Below are positions 35,317 through 48,187 of a stretch of 64,000 nucleotides of DNA, piece by piece. Made by a program: the position numbers and the translations under genes. The DNA comes from Azolla caroliniana (taxonomy: Eukaryota; Plantae; Polypodiophyta): the NCBI GenBank assembly GCA_043228905.1, contig JBHGNT010000013.1, positions 14,384,001 through 14,448,000 on the forward strand, written 5' to 3'. How positions within the stretch are numbered: position 1 is the first letter of the stretch; every line of letters starts with the position of its first letter. The notes beneath the pieces were generated by a model. That model saw only the letters and a list, made by a program, of their open reading frames with translations, was not told where the DNA came from and did no database searches.

Positions 35317-36059
35317 GTATCATAGTTTATATATTTGTTTTTCACGCTCTTAGAATTGAAGAGCAGAGGTGTTGAGTTCATTCCAATGTAAGAAAAAGGC
35401 ATATATACACGTATAAGCATGTGACAAGGAATGCAAAACCACTAACAACTTCATCGACACAAAAGCTTTAAATAGAGCTGTAAAAATGGTGTACTTCAAT
35501 TTTCTCAGCCATTAATGCCAAGCACACTTGCTGAACTATTCTTCAGAGTATACAGATTTGCATTCATGTTTGTATCTTCTTAGGGTGATGATACACATTC
35601 ATGCATTTCTTTTTATAGCTATTTACTGTGGTCTTTGGTTTGCACCTCGACAAACATACTTTTACGACATTGGTAGCATTGGGAGAAATATCAACATAGA
35701 ATTGTTTTCATCACACATTTGGCAGAAAATGCAATTATAGTGAAATTTCACTTGCATGAAGTTCGTATCTTCCTTCTATCTATAGATGCGATTGTTCATA
35801 AGCCTTAGCACTGGATTCTATGCTTTGTGCTTCCACAAGATGATGGAGTTGTACCTTGGATTCTCAACGTACCATTTCTCCTTATAAATCTTGAAGTTTA
35901 TGAGCTAAACATGCAAATCCAACCATTCCAAATGCAGTAGTTCTAACATGCTTCACATAGTGAATGCAGAAATGTAATATGTTGATTTGGTTGAATGGAA
36001 AAATATGGCATATTAAAGCAGGTTGATGGAACATCTGAATCAATGAAGAAGCTGTGCAA

Positions 36060-36256
36060 TGATTAGCATTTTCTTGCCCTTCACTCTTTCTTTAGTATTG
36101 TTCGCTAGTTTGTGAACTTGTGTGGGTGAGCTTTTTTGTCTTAGTATTTTAGTAAGCCTTCTTACAAAGGATGGTCTATAAGTAAACCCAAACTTTGTGG
36201 TTCAGTGACCGTGCATTGGAGTAGCTGATGCCCATCATTATACAATCTTCAGCTAT
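36060..36256 (-). other. Detached duplicate of the FUT 3' flank (homologous to ~15924-16131)
   Basis: Shared blocks TTCTTGCCCTTCACTCTTTC, GCTAGTTTGTGAAC, GTGCATTGGAGTAGCTGAT and CAATCTT.AGCTAT, in the same order and strand. Confidence 0.8.
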
Positions 36257-36429
36257 TTGTTCTATTTTCTGCAAGCAATCATTTATGGCCATGTAAGCCC
36301 TCTTCATTGTCTACCTTCTGCTTCTTGTGAACACAACCTAAAGTAGCCTTGTATGTGCCCAACTAGGTTTCCCTATCGTCAAGATATTGCCATCATGGGG
36401 ATTCTCAAAAATTATCGAATGGTATGATT

Positions 36430-36708
36430 GTTATGGTTGAAGTGTAATTCTCCTTTTTCTCTTAAGGACATTGACTTGCCTATTGTTTGGGGCCCACAAA
36501 TATTGTTTAGTGGTATTTATAATGGGTGCATGGATGCGCTTAACTTGGTTTCTTAATGCCATGCATGCTTGTTATAGTTGAAGTGTAATTCTCCTTTTTC
36601 CCTTAAGGACATTGACTTGCCTGTTGTTTGGGGCCCACAAATATTATTTAGTGGTATTTATAGTCGGTGCATGCATGCGCTTAACTTGGTCTCTTAATGC
36701 CATGCATG
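36430..36708. repeat. ~140-bp tandem duplication
   Basis: GTTGAAGTGTAATTCTCC..GGGCCCACAAATAT..TTAATGCCATGCATG occurs twice in tandem. Confidence 0.85.
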
Positions 36709-39129
36709 ATTATTTTTGGTTGTCATTGACCTTTAACCTATTGAAAGGGGCTAATAAAGTATAGCCTAGTGAGTGACATGGTCAAGAATGAGGCTGGAAT
36801 GTCAAATCATCATTCATGGTTATTACCTTGGGGCCATGGTGTAACATGATGTGTTTGGGTGACTATTTTTCTTTGTTGCAAACATGGTCAACTAACTAAG
36901 TGCTTGATAATAGTGCAACAATCTATATAGACTAGACACATGGGCACATGTTGAAATGTGTGTTTTGAAGTATAGCCATCTCCACATAGTGTTTTTGGCA
37001 ACTGAGACTCTCAAGATCATTGCATGTGACATTTGAATAGAATTTCTTGAGATATCCCAAGATTTGTACCATGAACATGTGCACACCATGAAATTGGGTT
37101 GTAAAACAAGGATTCACATTATGAATCAGTAGCAACAATATTAAGATCCACCCTAAAGCTATGTTCACAAAACAATAAGAAAAACAATGTTATGTGGAAT
37201 TGATTATCACATTTAAAAGTCTCATATGTGACATACACGTATACAATGGTTTTGCAAATGACACCTTGTTATATTTTGATTAAGGGCTTTGTAGATGAAT
37301 GTAAGGCTCATATGTGATGTTTTAATGCATTGATCCATTAGGAAAATGTGTAAATGCTAATGCTACAAAAGCAAATTTGTGTATGTTTGTGAATGTTGCT
37401 CATTGATCTAGGATGTGTGACGTCTTAAAACAATGACCCAACATATGTTTGCTGCTAGTATGTGCATAGTACATAGTTCAAAATATCAAGTATGCACTTT
37501 TGATGCCGTGATAATTTTTGTTTTACATTTTGATTATGCATTAATATTTCAAAAGTATAGTTATAGTCTATAGAATGACTAAACATGTTTTATCTTTTAA
37601 GTTGTTCTCCATGGGTCATTTTTCAATTCTAAGTATTCTATGATGATCCTAGTGGAAAGAGAACACCAAATCCATTTTCACATTTTGAATATATGAATGT
37701 TTGCATTCTTGTTCTTGTTCTTGAATTAAAATTCTCGTTTTGGGTAACTTTGGAACATCAACAACCAACCAACTAAATACTACAACTCTTACATATCATA
37801 GTATGGGTTGCCTCAATTCATATGTTGTTTTAGCATGGTTGACGAACTAAGATCTTTCTTCGCATGTGTATCATTAAATAAGATTAGGTGTGGCTTACCT
37901 CGATGCGTACTTTTGTTATTTTAAAATTGACATCATGAATCATGAGAGGTTAAGTTTTTTTTGTACATGTGCATACGGAAGAGATTACAGTACATTATCT
38001 TAGGAATGATACTAATATTCTCCACTAACTCAATAAATCTTGAGTTAGAAAGTGCATTATCAATAATATCAAATGACTTTATGGAACTTTAAAAATATTT
38101 TGTCGTATAATATGTATGTGCATGTATGCAATTGGTGTGATGGAACACAATTTGGATGAAAATTTATCAAATATTTGAATGCTTAACATTTTCGTGTGGA
38201 TCTCACATTGTTTTGTCGTGTATTGAATTGATCCAAATTAAAATATATGTATGTTTTCAAGTTGAACATTGTTTTCTGGTGATCATTCTAGTAATAATGT
38301 CATGTTTGAAATGGAAACCAATAGACCTATCTCAATACAAAGCAAAAACAATTATTGTTGGATAAAAACGTTGGATTGAATCCGATGGTAATATGTGCTG
38401 GTTTAATATTGTTGAATGTCGGGTTAATTGTGATACTTATGAAAACTGTTGGGTCAATTGAATTCGATGGTTACATAACATCCCTTAATGCTAGAAGAAT
38501 TGAAATGCATACAAATAAATGTTAGTCCATTTGATACAAAGAAAATTGGTTGTAGACCCCTCCAACAATTCCAATATATTCATGACGGTGTAACTAAATG
38601 ATGACCAAACAACAATTTGTTATCAAGCCAATGTTGTAATCAAACATAAAATACTTGGTTAATTGAAGAGTGCAAACATATGTCAATCAACCCAAGGTTG
38701 CGTGTCTATTGTCATATATATACATATGTATATATGTATGGATGTATATCTAGGAAAATGTGCTTTGTATAGGGAACCCCAATTACAATCTATTAACAAA
38801 AACAATGGAATAAAAAATATACTCTAAAGAGGTTTTAAACAATGAGAGTTGAATGTTAAAAGTTGCTCATATTGTCAATGGAATGAATGGATGGGTACGT
38901 GGATATCAAGGAAAGTTGAACATTTTTGGCCTTTAAGCACATGTGGCCAAAAGTTCTATTGACCTGTTCTAGTCCCATTCCTTGCCATATACTTCAAGCA
39001 CATCTTCATAGTAAACTTAGAAAATACACATTGAAATGGTGCTTGTCTCTATTAAAATCATGGTATCCTAGGACTTTGTGCTTAAACCTAGCAATTTCCA
39101 TGACCATAAACAATTCGATATTAGAATCA

Positions 39130-40700
39130 TGATCTATGGCATGTTGCAGCCATGGTAAAATCATGAACTAGGTAGGATGCACAATGTCTAATACATATGT
39201 TGTCATTGAGGATATGATACCTCTCTTTCTCTCTCTCCAAAAACGAAAATTGCCACATTAGTACTCCCTTCAACTTTTGTAGATATGCTTTGACTCTATG
39301 TCTACCATCCAATACAAAAGATTATGCATATCCCAATTATGACGCAATCCCCAATACCTCAAAAATAGGTAAATGATCTCCATCTTTGATTTGGGGTTGA
39401 CCTACGTGAATTGTGCAAATACCCATTGTCTAGGCATCAAATAACACAGTGATAGAACTTGCCAAATTTGAGAAATATAACTCCAAATCTGACAAACAAT
39501 TGAACATTGTATGAAACAAGTAGTATCTTCCATTTGAATAGTGCAAAAGAAACAAGTGCATGTTACTAGTCCATATCAATTTAGAGTTAATCCCAAAGGC
39601 AAACCTCCAATCAAAACTCTCCAAACGAAGACGTTTGCTACAAGTGGCAATTTAGAATGCCAACTACGTTTTAAGATCTACCACCATCCATGATTAGAGT
39701 TATGTATTTTCCATTTTTGTTCAATCATAGATGATGGCCATCGAGGAGACTCAATGGAGCAATGATACAAGATATTAGTCGTCACTTGTAAAAACGAAGT
39801 TTGACGCCATAAACGCCAATCAATCCATGGTTGCTTTTTTGTTTGTAAAAGTAATGAACCTTACATCAATGCAATATTTTGTAGTTGTTGCCAACTAAAT
39901 CCATAATTGAGTGAGATACGTAATAATTGTCACGCTTCAACGAACTCCAAAATTCTTTGAGATGGAACCTCAACTATATCTCCCACCTCTTTGACCCTCA
40001 AACGAAACAATCGATTAAACGGAGAGCGCAATCTCTCCTTCCCAAGCCAACATAATAACCAAGAAGACACAAGTAACTCTTTTTGCATACCCTTACATTT
40101 TCTCTACTAGATGATGGTTACCATATAAATAACGAGAGGACTTCTCTCTCTCAATTGTGTTGTAAATACTAAAGACTTCAATGGAGTTAGTTTTGTATCT
40201 TCATCATTTGCTAAGCATGCTAATGTTCTAAATTGCACCCTTAACTCCCCAAAACATGTGAACCAAATAATATAGCATGGCATTCTCGCATAGGAATTGG
40301 GTTTGCTTACATTTTGCTTTACTATATGTCAACCGTCATGGAGAGCCCCATGTTGCACTTGTCATCATAACTCTCAACTATATTGTAGTTCATGGTGCCA
40401 TGGCCCATAACATGTTTAGTAGTGACAATGACATCTCAAAAGAATTGGAACATTAAAGGTAGAGTGCCATCAAAATTTCTAGTGGGAACTCCAAACAATT
40501 TGACAAATCATTAAACTTATATATAGTAGTTTTGCTCTCACATTTTATACCACATTAATGATTTAGATTACGGTTATGTGCACACTTTGACTCTTAACAA
40601 AGTGATTGTCCCATCATACTCCCATGTTTCTAAAAGGGTGCCATTTATAATTGATCTAGGTATTCCTTTGTTGGTGTTTTAGAAATTAGCATTGTAGCCC
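39130..40700 (-). mobile_element. Heavily decayed L1-type LINE 3' region
   Basis: Minus frame WHSKLPLVANVFVWRVLIGGLPLG..CTCFFC (zf-RVT), similar to the LINE at 20720-21130. Limits are approximate. Confidence 0.65.
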
Positions 40701-41255
40701 TCAATAAAAAAGTTACTCAATATGCTTACATATTTAACACATAGACATTTGAAAAATTTAGTTAGCCTAGTGGTCATATATTGGGTTGGGTGTCCACATG
40801 ACCCTGCGTATGTAGAGTCCCAAGTCATGTATTGGTTTCACTACCAAATTGTAATGTTCTAATATTAAGTCCTAATCTTATCTTAGACCCACCTCCATAA
40901 AAACCCTCCATTGGAAACTTGAATGAGAACCAAGACTTACCACTTCTCTTCATCTACTAAGCAACTTGAGTGTGAACCAAAACTTACCACTCCTCTTCAT
41001 CTACTTTAGCGATGTCGCCAAGAGTTTGGGGTGAGATCCAAGATGATTAGGAGAATGTCGTGGCGGTAAGGAAGGAGAACTCATGCCTATCTATCTGATT
41101 CGACGAACTATATCTAGAGAAGAAACGGTTATAAAGACTCGCTTCCGATGACAGAACTACACAACCCGTGGAAAAGATAGTTCCAAGTGCGACGGGTGAA
41201 CAGGAAAGTTGTTTTAAGTTCCTCGTAGGCGGGAACCAAAAAAACACACACGCCC

Positions 41256-43187
41256 CTAGGAACTTATGACAGGCGGGGCGACGTGCGTGGGAATGGAAGC
41301 GCGAACGAGCTGCCAAGCGGCGGACGGGCGATCTTGGCAGAGCCGGAGGTGGCGAAGGAGCCATCGGCGGTGCGGGCCCGTGATGGAGGCAAGGAAGGCG
41401 GGGGTGCGGGGCATGCGCGGGAGGTGGGAGCACGGGTCGGGCGAGTAGCCGATCGTGCACGGGACAGGGCCCGGCATGTCGGGTGGGAGGCGGCGCCAGG
41501 CCGGGAAGTCGAGGACGAGGGGCGGGACGTTGGCCCACGCGTGAGCCGCGTAGCCAAAAGTGGAGGAGGCGCTCGTGGCCAGCTGGGCGGTGCTGCTCAG
41601 GAGCCACATCTCTGCCAGTGCCAGCTCCGCCTGCGTCTGGCTGAAGTCCTGGCTCTGCAACGACGAGACAGTGTGAAACCGCACCACTTCGGCTTCGGAT
41701 TCGGCTTCGTCCGAGCCGCCGCCGGATCGGGCGTCGTAATCCTGCTTGAGGCGGAGGAAGTACTGGCTTTGGAGGGACATGACCAGCACGGTGAGGTCCG
41801 GCCGGAAATCGCCGCTCTCGATCCTCCGCCCGTACGACCATCGCTCCGTCTCTTCTTCTTCTTCTTGTGGCGGCGGCGGTGGCGGCGGAAGGTAGGAATG
41901 ATTGGCCAGGCACGCCACCATACGCCCATACTCCACCTCTTTGAAGGCGGCTCGATCTTCGCCGCCATGGAGCCTCACCTGCACACCCACTGTTCTCTTC
42001 GCTCCTCCCACATACGCCACATACTCACGCATCACCCTCCGCCATATCCTGTTGCTCGGCATCAGCGCTAAGCGCGTCATGAAACCGAACACTCCATCCT
42101 CTCCTCCTCCGCGAGTCCAGATTTGCCACTTCTCCCAGAACCCCCTGACCATGAAGAAATTGGGAATGGTGTACAAATCACTCTGCCACACCAATACCTT
42201 GATTTGGCCGAGAGCTTCGTACACATCCTCGGCGAACACCTCCATGTCTTCCTCGCTCGGCTCGTCCCATAACCTCACCTTCACCATCTCCTCCCCCCCC
42301 AACACCTCTCCGATGACACTACTGGCATTGGTGTCGGAGGATCCTCTCCAATCATATGCCCTCAGCCTCTCGCCCAAGCTTCGCGCCGCATCCATCTTCG
42401 ACATGTAGCCGGTGGAAGAATATTCTTCGGGGATCAACCATGTCGAGCCGGATCTGGATCCGGATCCGTAGTAGTATCGATCAAACGGCTCGCACAAGAG
42501 ATCCCCAAGTTTCCGACGGTTGTCGATCAATATGGTCCGGCCGGTGGCCATCGCGAATGCGAGGGCCGATGCTAACGCCACCAGCCGGTTTCCCAACCCC
42601 ACAGTCTCCGCGTCCGAGACCAACAAATACTTGCAGCTAGTAGTAGCATCCTTAGGTCCCCATGGTCCCACGCCTAAATTGCTACCTCGAGCAGCTGCCT
42701 TCTCGGTGTGAATCGGAGAGAAAAGTTGGGCGGCACATCGGGAGTGGATCTCGGCATAATGCCGCCAAGCATCCACAAGGGTGGGCGGGATGGAAATGTT
42801 TTGGTGAGGCGAGCGTATTAAGGATTCTTGGGTCCGGCTTAGGCAAGAATTATGTCGACTTACCAACAAATGACTAGGTGATTCCTCATCATCAAGAGCA
42901 TGATCATCATTATGGATGTGACCTATGGACAAATGAGTGGGTGATTCCCCGTCATCAAGAGGATGATGATCATCATGGACATCTTCGTCGACTACGTTGT
43001 AGGCAACAACCTTCGTACTGGGATCAATAGATACCAATGGTTTGGGTGCATCCAAGCTTACGACGACAACTTGATCACGATGAGCATGGGGGTGATTGTT
43101 AAAGATGAAGGTGAAGGCAATCGTGAGAGAGACGAAGGCAGTTAATAGAATCATTAAGGAGAGATTGATGAGAGCCTTATGAACCAT
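41256..43187 (-). CDS. FUT: Xyloglucan-type fucosyltransferase (GT37), copy 2
   Basis: Same GT37 motifs as copy 1 and highly similar to it. The ATG at 43187 aligns with the copy-1 start (the ORF track start at 43211 is a TTG). 643 aa. Confidence 0.93.
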   Translation of the reverse strand: MVHKALINLSLMILLTAFVSLTIAFTFIFNNHPHAHRDQVVVVSLDAPKPLVSIDPSTKVVAYNVVDEDVHDDHHPLDDGESPTHLSIGHIHNDDHALDDEESPSHLLVSRHNSCLSRTQESLIRSPHQNISIPPTLVDAWRHYAEIHSRCAAQLFSPIHTEKAAARGSNLGVGPWGPKDATTSCKYLLVSDAETVGLGNRLVALASALAFAMATGRTILIDNRRKLGDLLCEPFDRYYYGSGSRSGSTWLIPEEYSSTGYMSKMDAARSLGERLRAYDWRGSSDTNASSVIGEVLGGEEMVKVRLWDEPSEEDMEVFAEDVYEALGQIKVLVWQSDLYTIPNFFMVRGFWEKWQIWTRGGGEDGVFGFMTRLALMPSNRIWRRVMREYVAYVGGAKRTVGVQVRLHGGEDRAAFKEVEYGRMVACLANHSYLPPPPPPPQEEEEETERWSYGRRIESGDFRPDLTVLVMSLQSQYFLRLKQDYDARSGGGSDEAESEAEVVRFHTVSSLQSQDFSQTQAELALAEMWLLSSTAQLATSASSTFGYAAHAWANVPPLVLDFPAWRRLPPDMPGPVPCTIGYSPDPCSHLPRMPRTPAFLASITGPHRRWLLRHLRLCQDRPSAAWQLVRASIPTHVAPPVISS

Positions 43188-45523
43188 TGTAAAAAAATTA
43201 TCATTGATCAAATGTTATGGATGAGATTAGAGTAGATGCCAAAAAAAATGGCCATTTAGTTTTGATGGATCTAAGGTCCCTTTATGTGTGTTTTTTTAGG
43301 AGCATATAAAATTGGGCTTCAAAATTTTGAGACACCAGGTCATGTTCCCATTTCTATCAGTTGGGGGCAAAAGTTCCTCCTTTTGGACCCCATTTTCAGT
43401 TCTATATCTATCCATTCCTCTACATAGGAATATATATCTACGTATGTATGTATATATGTATGTTTATATGTATACATATATATATATATATATATATCAA
43501 TCTATACATACACACTTTTTCAACATCTCCTTTGGATAAGTGTGTCATGCATAATCAGTTACTTGTTATATCCCCCCACTCCCACCCCTTTCAATCTTCT
43601 TCAGGGAGCATGTGGCAGCGTTGACATCTTTGTTGTCGTTTCTCCTACCGAATTGGTTAGTCACATGCATCGCCCACATTACATATTGGTTGTACTATCT
43701 TATAATAAGAGACCACTCAAACACTCCCGTCACGCACACCACCAGCTTGCACATGATTGATCTCGGTGCATGTGCTCCGATCCCGCCTCCTTATTTGACA
43801 TGTAGTCTTAGTTCATGTCCACTTGGAAACTTGTGGGTTCATATTCCATCTACAACGATTGGGCAGTGCCCCTATTGTTCTACAACCAAATCATCAATTG
43901 CCATGCTAGTGTGACTCCCTCATTGGCTTCCTTCAACCCCTTGTGAACACCACCTGAAGCTTCCCTTGTGCATGCAATCTCACTTTTTCTAGTGTCACTT
44001 AACCTATGGGGGATTTATTGACAATTCACAAATATTCTTAAATGGTATGATTGTAGAGGTTTTCTAGAAATTATTGAAGGTATGATTATTATAATTGATG
44101 ATGAAGTGTGCCACTCGCTTTTCTCATCGGTCACTATCATTCAGGGCTGAAAAGTAATATCGGTTCTATATATAACTTGTGAATGAGTACACTCGAGCAC
44201 ATGCATTCTAATAGTTTGTAGCCACTAAACTTTTCCCCCTTGATAGAGAATAATAAATTATAGCCAAATGAATGAGAAATTTCAACCTCACAAGAATGAT
44301 GATCAAAAGTCACGATATGTGTGGGTGATTCAATTACGTTATTACAAGAGCGCCCCAACTTGTTGTGCTTTATATTCTTAAGGACAACAATCTACTCTTG
44401 GTATAAGTTATGCGTGTTGAAGGTGAGACTTATATTCTAATTATCATGATTCTTAATTCCACTCTAGTGATGTTTGCAAGCTAAAACAAAGGCCTAAGTT
44501 TACATTTGCGGATTGACTTTCTAGGTATAATTTAATGGGTTTTGTGCAATTAAATCTAACCCACACATTTACTAAGCCTTTACTTTTTACAAAAAATAGA
44601 CTATTGGCTTTATGGAGCGGGGAAATAGTTGTTCCACACAATGGATTACACATTACTTTGATCCCCCAAAATTCTTAAATTGTGAGTAATTAGATAACCC
44701 CATCAATTAAGAGGAACATCATAAAAACGAGCTTCTTATTATGAGATATTGTGAATTTGTCCTTGGTCTTTGTCAAAAATCTTGGTCCAAAAACGATCCC
44801 TTGGTTTGAGATTCGAGCATTGATTACCTATTGGTAAGTTTGAGAAGATGGTGTTTAATTTTGCCCCTTGGTTACAATAATACAAATTCAACAAAGGCAA
44901 CTTGAAACTGAAATTGCAACAACATTGATCACAAGGTCCATAAATTGTCTTCTGAATTAAGGATTTCTTGTCCTTGAGACAATTACACTTTCCTCTACTT
45001 TGCAAACAAGTTCTTGAAGTTTCTCATTTTTCCCTTAATAGAAGCTCAATCTGAGTTCGCAAGAGTGGTGGAGGTGACGATCGTCAATTCAAGTGACATT
45101 GGTGATTTCAATCATAAAACAGTGGTCATGCTCTATTTCATGTTGTAGACCTTGCCAGCCATGGATTTATAGTATTATCTCCATTTGAAGTACAACCACC
45201 AAATATAACTGTTGTACATTGACCAAGATAAGAAAAAACAAGCATTGCCAAGACCAACATTGTCATTACGGTCACTCATAACACTGTTGACCTCTTCCAT
45301 TAACAACCTCAATTGCATTGAGGATAAGTAGAGATGTCACAAATGATGGTTCAAACCCTAAAACCACAAAAGAGACGTGTCCGATTCCTTAGGGTTCAGT
45401 CAAAGGCATACACAAAAATGACAAAAGAAGTTACTTTGTACCAAATTTCAATTTCCCTTCTCTAATTATACTGTTTACAGTGTTGGGTAGCTAAGCTTTT
45501 ATACAGAAGAATGGCTGAAACAT

Positions 45524-47905
45524 CTAAGATCTATTCACATAGTTCCCATACATTTTCTCAAGCATCAACGTTGATGCAGTATTGTAGGGATCAAGTTCAA
45601 AAACGTGTTTGGCAGCACATGTGCCATGCACTACGTCATCCTGCTTCCTACAAGCACCCAACAATGTCACCCAGGATATAGGTGAAGGTTGTAATGGCAT
45701 TATGTTTATTAGATCCTGGGTGTCATCAATTAATCCTGCCCTCCCCAGAAGATCAAACATGCAATGGTACACTTCAAGACTTAGTTTCAAAGGACACAAG
45801 TTTGTACACCCTTCAACCAACATCCCTCCATGGCTACAAGCTGAAATTACAGCAATGAACGTGATCTTGTTTGGAATAATTTGTTCTTCTTGCATCTTGT
45901 GGACTGCACAAATGGCCTCTTTTGTGTGGCCATGTTGTGAATAGATAGAAATCATGACATTCCATGAAACAATATTTCGTTGGTTCATTCGATCAAATAT
46001 TTTGCATGCATCCTCGAGGCTTCCACACTTGCCATACATGTTCAAAAGAGAAGTTCCCACAACAATATCTGGCTCAAATCCATTGTGAATGATACAGGAG
46101 TGTATGTGTGTGCCTAAAGTTAATAAAGGTATTTGATTCGTACATACAGACAGAATACTTGTGTAAGTAGCTTGATCTGGATGTATCCCTTCCTCTTGCA
46201 TTTGCTCATATATTTTAAATGCTTGCATTAGCCAACCATGTTGACCACACACTGATACCATCATGTTCCACGAGATAATATTTTTATGGGAGATTTCATT
46301 AAACACAGACTGTGCATCCTCAAAGCTACCACATCTGGAATACATGGTTGCGATGGCAGTTGCTACAACTGTGTTTGTTTCCAAACTGCTTTTTGAAATG
46401 CGACAATGCAACCTCTTTGCTGATAATAATGCTTTAGAAGTGGTGTATGCCTCAATGGCACTCAAATAAGTAACTTCATTTGCGCAAACCCCTTCTTGAT
46501 GCATTCTTTCCACTAATTGCATGACATCCTCAGCACAGTTTTGTTGGGCATATGCCAAGATTATAGTATTCCAAGAAACAACATTTCTATCGCCCAAGTG
46601 ATCAAACAATTGTGAAGCAAATTTCAAATTCCCATTTTGACCATACATATTAATAAGCGAAGTTGCCACAATGATGTCGTCCTCGAGGCCACCACATATA
46701 ATACGAACATGCATCCTCTTACTGTTACGTAAAGAGGATTCCACAACACATGCAGAAATTGATGTTGCATACGTGATCACATTCGGGATCACGCCCTCCT
46801 GTTGCATAGCATCAAACATGTGAAGTGCTTTATCGATTTTCTTATGGTGGATAAATGCTGCCATTGTGGCATTCCATAAGACCACATCAGGATTAGGAAA
46901 TGTAACAAATATGTGTCTCACATGTTCTAAACTACCACACCTATCATACATGTTCAGAAATGCTGTTAACAGATTTACATCTGAATCCAACTTCATGGTA
47001 ATACTAGAGCTATGCAACTGCTTGCCCTTCTCGAGCGATCTTTCACGAAAACACACTTCGAGAAAACAAAGAAAGGTAACTCGATTAGGCATCACTGCTT
47101 CTTGTTTCATCCGATCAAAGTATTGAAAAGCTTCTGAATCCTGACCGTAACGTGCATACGCAGCAATCATAGCCGTCCATGAGACCACATTAGAGTTTCT
47201 AATGTTATCAAACACTTTAGATGCATCATGAAGGCTACCACACCTACTATACATGGTAACAAGAGTTGTACCGACCATGACATCAGCTTCACATCCAGAA
47301 AAAATAATGGAATCATGCAAAGCTTTACCTTCAAGAAGATGAAGTGGACTATTACAAGATGACATAGCATTAAGAAATGTGATTTTGTCTGGACAAATCC
47401 CTCTTTCCTGCATCTTTTGGAATACATGAAGAGCTTCATCTGGCCTACCTTTTTCAGCATATGCACTAACCAAGCAATTCCAAACAAGAATACTCACATC
47501 ATTGAGACAACATATGAGAGCATATGCATCATCGAGGGAACCATTCTCAACAAAGAACTGCACGAGAAGGCTGTCCAGGCATTTATCAAAATCGGTAACA
47601 CTCTCCACAATGTGGTTAAACACACGTTTTCGGAAAGGCGGATGCTGACACTGTCTATAAAGGTCCAATATATGATCAGATGTGTTAGAACTGATGTATA
47701 CTCCAAGCAGGGAAAGCCTATTCTTCAGTTGGCTCTGATGGGGAAGACGAATAACTGTAGGAACAGAGCATTGTGGGGACGTGTGAAAATATGCATGAAC
47801 TATGGATCTGTGAATGATATGCTCTTTATGGCATACATAAGGATAGATGTGGAGATGCCCTGTTCTTTGCCACATCATCGTCCTCTTGTGCTTCTTCTTC
47901 TGCAT
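45524..47905 (-). CDS. PLS-class PPR protein, E-class, no DYW domain
   Basis: 793-aa ORF of P/L/S repeats ending after E1 and part of E2 (SWVTLLGACRK..ELDP). A branch point and acceptor (CTAAC..TTTCTAAG) just upstream suggests a 5'UTR intron. Confidence 0.93.
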   Translation of the reverse strand: MQKKKHKRTMMWQRTGHLHIYPYVCHKEHIIHRSIVHAYFHTSPQCSVPTVIRLPHQSQLKNRLSLLGVYISSNTSDHILDLYRQCQHPPFRKRVFNHIVESVTDFDKCLDSLLVQFFVENGSLDDAYALICCLNDVSILVWNCLVSAYAEKGRPDEALHVFQKMQERGICPDKITFLNAMSSCNSPLHLLEGKALHDSIIFSGCEADVMVGTTLVTMYSRCGSLHDASKVFDNIRNSNVVSWTAMIAAYARYGQDSEAFQYFDRMKQEAVMPNRVTFLCFLEVCFRERSLEKGKQLHSSSITMKLDSDVNLLTAFLNMYDRCGSLEHVRHIFVTFPNPDVVLWNATMAAFIHHKKIDKALHMFDAMQQEGVIPNVITYATSISACVVESSLRNSKRMHVRIICGGLEDDIIVATSLINMYGQNGNLKFASQLFDHLGDRNVVSWNTIILAYAQQNCAEDVMQLVERMHQEGVCANEVTYLSAIEAYTTSKALLSAKRLHCRISKSSLETNTVVATAIATMYSRCGSFEDAQSVFNEISHKNIISWNMMVSVCGQHGWLMQAFKIYEQMQEEGIHPDQATYTSILSVCTNQIPLLTLGTHIHSCIIHNGFEPDIVVGTSLLNMYGKCGSLEDACKIFDRMNQRNIVSWNVMISIYSQHGHTKEAICAVHKMQEEQIIPNKITFIAVISACSHGGMLVEGCTNLCPLKLSLEVYHCMFDLLGRAGLIDDTQDLINIMPLQPSPISWVTLLGACRKQDDVVHGTCAAKHVFELDPYNTASTLMLEKMYGNYVNRS

Positions 47906-48187
47906 CCATGGCGAGCTTCATAAGGAGGAGTCTCTTAGAAACAGAGTAGAAGTTAGTGACTGATATCATAAAGGAAAATAATTTCCAAAAATAGCCCTAT
48001 GATCTAATGAAACATCATAAAATGTTATGAAATAGGAAATTCTATTATGAAATGCCAACTTCTGAGTTGGGCATGCAAAAACTCTTGACAAATTTATCTT
48101 CAATTTGTAGGCCACATGCCATTGGTTGTCCATTAAAACGCAATGATCTAGAATAATAAAAGAACACAAAGCTAAACATAAAAGCCC

